A stretch of DNA of 64,000 nt from Ruminococcus flavefaciens (GTDB lineage: Bacteria > Bacillota > Clostridia > Oscillospirales > Ruminococcaceae): NCBI GenBank assembly GCA_023667045.1, contig JAMPAU010000001.1, forward strand, positions 1,164,594 to 1,228,593, written 5' to 3'. Both the position numbers and the translations under genes were made by a program. This document shows, piece after piece, positions 59,790 to 64,000 of the stretch. The notes below the pieces were generated by a model that saw nothing but the letters and a program-made list of their open reading frames with translations, ran no database searches and was not told where the DNA came from. The number at the start of each line of letters is the position of its first letter. The stretch's first letter is position 1.

Positions 59790-60289
59790 ACAATTTCAGA
59801 TATTTTATTTATGATATTATCCATAAATTCAATAATACTTTCAATAGTTTCCCATTTATCATCAATGATGTTCTTGTAATTATCAAGAATATTTTTGTAG
59901 CAGTCAATAATATCCATTTTATATCCTATCATATTTTCCGGTATTCCAGCACTTTCAACATTACCTTTGATGTCATTAATTTCGGACTGCATTTCCTCAA
60001 AAGAATTATAATTAATAGCTTGCAGATTATATATTTTTATTAAATAGTTTGTTACTAAATTTAATCCATTTATTTTCGTATCATATGTATTGCCTAACTG
60101 TAACATCACTTGAGGTACATTAACATTCTTTTTACCTAAGAGAAGCTCCTCAATATATTTAAGAATATCATCAGTAAAATATTCATTTTGTAAAGAACCG
60201 TTTTCCATATATTGTTCAAGGCATTCTTTTTGCTGTTTGATGTTTTCTTTAATATCAGTAAGTTCTTTTTTTATTGTTCTTATATCCAC
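59786..60289 (-). CDS. Low-GC helical hypothetical protein
   Basis: 167 aa, coiled-coil-like, GGAGG RBS. Confidence 0.65.
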   Translation of the reverse strand: MDIRTIKKELTDIKENIKQQKECLEQYMENGSLQNEYFTDDILKYIEELLLGKKNVNVPQVMLQLGNTYDTKINGLNLVTNYLIKIYNLQAINYNSFEEMQSEINDIKGNVESAGIPENMIGYKMDIIDCYKNILDNYKNIIDDKWETIESIIEFMDNIINKISEIV

Positions 60290-60302
60290 GTTAGTCCTCC
60301 TT

Positions 60303-60593
60303 TCATTTATTGTAGCTTTTTAAATTTTCCAGATTTTCAGATAAACTATTTAAATTCTCTGTTAAACTTGAAAGAATATAAAGTTGAGTATTGATTTCTT
60401 CAAGCTCTAAGGATATATTTTCAATACTTTCTCTTCCATGGTCTGTAAGATAATTCTGACGGTCATCATCTCCGTCTGTAAGGCTCTCTATATTTTTGGG
60501 AATGTCATTTAGAATATCACACAAAAGATTAACATTTTTCAACTGTTTATCAATTATTTTCCAACAATCTTTAGACATACCGTTTACTGACAT
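60303..60593 (-). CDS. Low-GC small helical hypothetical protein
   Basis: 96 aa, heptad-rich, AGGAGG RBS. Confidence 0.65.
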   Translation of the reverse strand: MSVNGMSKDCWKIIDKQLKNVNLLCDILNDIPKNIESLTDGDDDRQNYLTDHGRESIENISLELEEINTQLYILSSLTENLNSLSENLENLKSYNK

Positions 60594-60738
60594 AAAAATT
60601 CCTCCTTTCTGTATTTTTCGTGCTGATAAGTCTGGTATTTGATTTTTAAATATAAATCATAATACACCACTATATTAATAATACTACATTTACTTAATAT
60701 TGTCAATGCAAAATATTATATTTTAAATTTATAATTAT

Positions 60739-61326
60739 TTATATTTCTATAATGTATTTTTCAAAGGCATTTACAACTTTAGTCTGCCCGACCGTCTGAA
60801 TGCGTGTGAAATTTCCGTAAGTCTTATGTACGTGACCGTGTACGAAAAATGCCGGCTGATACTTTTCGATAAGGGCGTTGAAGCACTCAAAACCTCTATG
60901 TGTTAGGTCGTCCATATCGTTGAGATTTCGGGCAGGGGAGTGGGTCAGCAGAATATCAAAGCCCTTGTTTTTCAGCAGACCTAAACGGCGTTTTCTGATA
61001 CGGCTTTTCATTTCCTTTTCAGTGTACTGGAAGTGACCGTTGCCGTAACGCATTGAACCGCCTAACCCGAAAATCCGTAATCCGTTGTAATTGATTATTC
61101 TGTCATCAACACATATGCAGCCGTCGGGGGCTTTTTTAAGATAGCCGTCGTCGTGGTTGCCGTGTACGTAAAGAACATCTACATTTGCCATAGTGGCAAG
61201 AAATGAAAGATATTCGGCGTTTAGGTCACCGCAAGAGAGTATTAAATCTATGCCGTCTGTTTTGGACTTGTCCCAGAAGTCCCACAATGAACGGCTTTCC
61301 TCGTCGGCGATTACAAGTATTTTCAT
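60739..61326 (-). CDS. Metallophosphoesterase (calcineurin-like)
   Basis: IAD, GDL, HGNHD, THSP, HGHVH. Confidence 0.9.
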   Translation of the reverse strand: MKILVIADEESRSLWDFWDKSKTDGIDLILSCGDLNAEYLSFLATMANVDVLYVHGNHDDGYLKKAPDGCICVDDRIINYNGLRIFGLGGSMRYGNGHFQYTEKEMKSRIRKRRLGLLKNKGFDILLTHSPARNLNDMDDLTHRGFECFNALIEKYQPAFFVHGHVHKTYGNFTRIQTVGQTKVVNAFEKYIIEI

Positions 61327-61599
61327 TTAAATTTACGGCAGTATAGTCCGACCTCTGTAGGTCTGATAGGAATGCCGTTTACCTCCTTTTGTGATATATC
61401 GTGCTTTAGTCCATTGCAAAGATATGGGATTTTTTCATTGTCTGTACTACATATATCTATATTGGGATATTCCTTGAGAAGTAATTTCTTGTTTTAACGT
61501 GTCCGATTTTTCCAGAGTTATTTTCATTTTTTACGCTTAAAATTTTACATACTATCTTAACTTTTCAAATTTCTTGACACTTGTTTATTAACTCACCTC

Positions 61600-62268
61600 T
61601 TAGTGAGGTGTACGAACGTATACAGGGGGAGTTGAAAGAATGAATCCGGCTATATCTTCCGGAGAATAGGCTATGAAGTCCGCACCTGCGGTAGTGAGTT
61701 CCTCAACGCCACGGAATCCCCACGCACAGCCTATTGAACGTATTCCGGCATTTTTAGCGGTCTGAATATCAACGTTGCTGTCGCCAATCATGAAAATATT
61801 TTCCTCGTCCGGAAGTCCAGAAATAATTTCGTTGATAATAGCAGTGTCGGGTTTTTTGTGACGTTCCGCACAACCGCCCAGTACTTTTATAAAATTAAAT
61901 TCCGGAAGTAATTTATTTACAATCTTACGTGCGAAATCCTGTGGCTTGTTTGTCGCAACCGCAAGAATGACATTATTTTCTTTGAGAGTTTCAAGAGTTT
62001 TTTTCATGCCGGAATAGAGTGCCGTTTTGTCAAGGAAATGTTTTCCGTAATAATCGCTGAAAATTTCAAGGAGCTTTTCGATGTCGTCTTTTTTGTCGTC
62101 CGGCAAGGCACGGTAACATAATTTCTGTACGCCGTTACCGACAAACTGCTTGTAACTTTCATACGGGTGGACAGGGTAGCCGAGTTGTTCAAGGGCGTAA
62201 TTAGTAGCGTCTGCGAGGTCGTAAAGAGTATCGGCAAGAGTGCCGTCGAGGTCGAAAATTGCAATCAT
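61600..62268 (-). CDS. HAD-family hydrolase (phosphoglycolate phosphatase-like)
   Basis: FDLDGTLADT, ATNKP, KKPD, IGDSNVD. Confidence 0.9.
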   Translation of the reverse strand: MIAIFDLDGTLADTLYDLADATNYALEQLGYPVHPYESYKQFVGNGVQKLCYRALPDDKKDDIEKLLEIFSDYYGKHFLDKTALYSGMKKTLETLKENNVILAVATNKPQDFARKIVNKLLPEFNFIKVLGGCAERHKKPDTAIINEIISGLPDEENIFMIGDSNVDIQTAKNAGIRSIGCAWGFRGVEELTTAGADFIAYSPEDIAGFILSTPPVYVRTPH

Positions 62269-62281
62269 TTAAATCCCTCCT

Positions 62282-63313
62282 TTACAGAATACACATACAG
62301 TCGCCGAAACTGAAAAACCTGTACTTTTCGTCAACGGCTATCTTGTAAGCGTTCATTGTGTTTTCATAGCCCATGAATGCCGAGACAAGCATAATTAGAG
62401 TACTTTCGGGCAGGTGGAAATTAGTAATAAGCCCATCAATGCACTTGAATTTATACGACGGATAAATGAAAATATCGGTGTAGCCCTCGTGTGCGGAAAT
62501 CTCATTGTAGAAAGTAGCCACACTTTCGAGGGTACGGCAAGCGGTAGTACCTACAGCTATGACACGTCCGCCGTTGGCTTTAGTCTCGTTTATAAGGTCG
62601 GCGGTTTCCTGTGGTAAATAGTAATGTTCGCTGTGCATTTTGTGATTAAGGACGTTGTCTTCTTTTACCGGACGGAAAGTACCCAGTCCGACGTGCAGTG
62701 TAACAAAAGCGGTCTTTATGCCTTTTTCGTAGAGTTCGTCAAGCATTTCCGGCGTGAAGTGCAGTCCGGCTGTGGGGGCTGCCGCTGAACCGAGTTCACG
62801 GGAATATACAGTCTGATAACGTTCTTTGTTTTCGAGTTTTGCGGTGATATACGGCGGTAACGGCATTTGTCCGACATCTTCCAGTGCTGTGAAGAAATTC
62901 CCCTCGCACTCGAATTGGACTATTCTGTTTCCGTCATCTTTGGCTTCAATGACTTCCGCAATAAGTCTGCCGTCGCCGAAAGAGAATTTAACGCCTTTTT
63001 TAGCCTTTTTAGCCGGACGGCAGATTATCTCCCATAGCTTGTCGCCTTTTTGTTCGAGTAATAAAAACTCTATAAAAGTATGGTTTTCTATTTTTTCGCC
63101 GTAAAGACGTGCCGGAATAACTCGTGAATCGTTCATGACGAGCAAATCACCCTTTTTCAAGTGACTGCATAAATTATAGAAATGTTCATGCTCAACCGCA
63201 CCTGTCTGACGGTTAACGCACATCATGCGAGAAGCGTTGCGTGGCTCAACCGGAGTCTGTGCTATAAGTTCCTCCGGTAAATCGTAGTAAAAATCGGATT
63301 TTAAAAGTTCCAT
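62282..63313 (-). CDS. queA: S-adenosylmethionine:tRNA ribosyltransferase-isomerase
   Basis: YDLPEELIAQ, PLPPYI, AAPTAGLHF, TLHVGLGTF, TNFHLP, FFSFGD. Confidence 0.97.
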   Translation of the reverse strand: MELLKSDFYYDLPEELIAQTPVEPRNASRMMCVNRQTGAVEHEHFYNLCSHLKKGDLLVMNDSRVIPARLYGEKIENHTFIEFLLLEQKGDKLWEIICRPAKKAKKGVKFSFGDGRLIAEVIEAKDDGNRIVQFECEGNFFTALEDVGQMPLPPYITAKLENKERYQTVYSRELGSAAAPTAGLHFTPEMLDELYEKGIKTAFVTLHVGLGTFRPVKEDNVLNHKMHSEHYYLPQETADLINETKANGGRVIAVGTTACRTLESVATFYNEISAHEGYTDIFIYPSYKFKCIDGLITNFHLPESTLIMLVSAFMGYENTMNAYKIAVDEKYRFFSFGDCMCIL

Positions 63314-63338
63314 GTCATAAAATCTCCCTTTTTCATAT

Positions 63339-63998
63339 TTATTTGTTTATAAGTTCCGGAATAAGAAAATCACGGAGGGCAGAAAGATGCTGATTTTCTT
63401 TTATGTTATTTTCATGTTTATTCATTAAAGCAGTTATATTATTTTCGTATTTTATAAGAATCTGTAAATCCGGAATAATTATATTTACTTTATTCATATC
63501 ACCTTGTGTAATCAAAGGCTGAGTTGACCCTCTATTAAGAATGCTGTAATCAATTTGTTTCAATAATTGATATACGTATTCATAATAATCAGTTTTTATA
63601 ACTAATGTATTGTCTGAAGTCCAGCACGGACAATTAAATCTTTGAATTATTCCATGAGTTCCGACACGTCCGATTACAAGTATTTTTTCGTTATGATTAT
63701 AATTATTTGTAAATCCCATTACAGACGTTGCCCCTACAATTTGTATATTTGCTGTTTCAGTTTTTTCAGTCTGTTTTAATGGTGGTCTTTTTCCGCTTTG
63801 AATTTCTGCAATTTCTGATAAAATACCTATACGCCAATCTTCTGGCATGATATTGCCGAAAGGCTCAAAATCAACAAACCATGACTTAAAAATCGCCTGT
63901 GCCTGTTCTTCAAGATTCTTGTTAATGCGTTTTTTTAAATCAATTCTTTCTGTTATGATTTTGTATATATCAATAATTTTCTGTTGTTTTTCAATATC
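63339..63998 (-). CDS. hsdS: Type I restriction-modification specificity subunit (3' part; continues past window edge)
   Basis: Frame open to the edge: EKQQKII..., INKNLEEQAQAIFKSWFVDFEPFG..MPEDW, GSTQPLITQ, L.ALRD.L.PEL. Confidence 0.85.
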   Translation of the reverse strand, partial: DIEKQQKIIDIYKIITERIDLKKRINKNLEEQAQAIFKSWFVDFEPFGNIMPEDWRIGILSEIAEIQSGKRPPLKQTEKTETANIQIVGATSVMGFTNNYNHNEKILVIGRVGTHGIIQRFNCPCWTSDNTLVIKTDYYEYVYQLLKQIDYSILNRGSTQPLITQGDMNKVNIIIPDLQILIKYENNITALMNKHENNIKENQHLSALRDFLIPELINK

Positions 63999-64000
63999 CG

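Overview
A 64-kb chromosomal window from a low-GC Firmicute, most likely Ruminococcus-like (Oscillospiraceae; inferred from gene content and order). Three parS-like palindromes suggest it lies near oriC. Content is mostly housekeeping: mtaB, purL, glgA, gltX, metG, a TPP-riboswitch thiamine operon, asnA, asnS with T-box, hflX, hslO, secA, uvrB/uvrA, gdhA, folC, valS with T-box, pcrA, pyk and queA, plus small inserted accessory genes. The standout feature is a family of three self-contained type I-E-like CRISPR mini-cassettes (shared sigma70 promoter/leader, 28-nt repeat, spacer, degenerate repeat), with no cas genes in the window. Two are tandem ~277-bp units directly after thiC, each bounded by a duplicated thiC 3' end plus terminator. 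The first spacer matches (27/33 nt) the thiC coding sequence ~170 bp upstream but looks copied from a different thiC allele, and the resident allele lacks the predicted PAM. This suggests a CRISPR-guided homing, allele-replacement or site-defence element. The third copy sits in the glgA 5' region beside a phage-origin-like iteron structure. Other notable items: a ~400-bp non-autonomous IS200/IS605-like element retaining a TnpB omegaRNA-like end, a PASTA pseudokinase, a cassette flanked by a 43-bp duplicated gene start, and apparent GATC avoidance. All calls are by eye; no searches were run.
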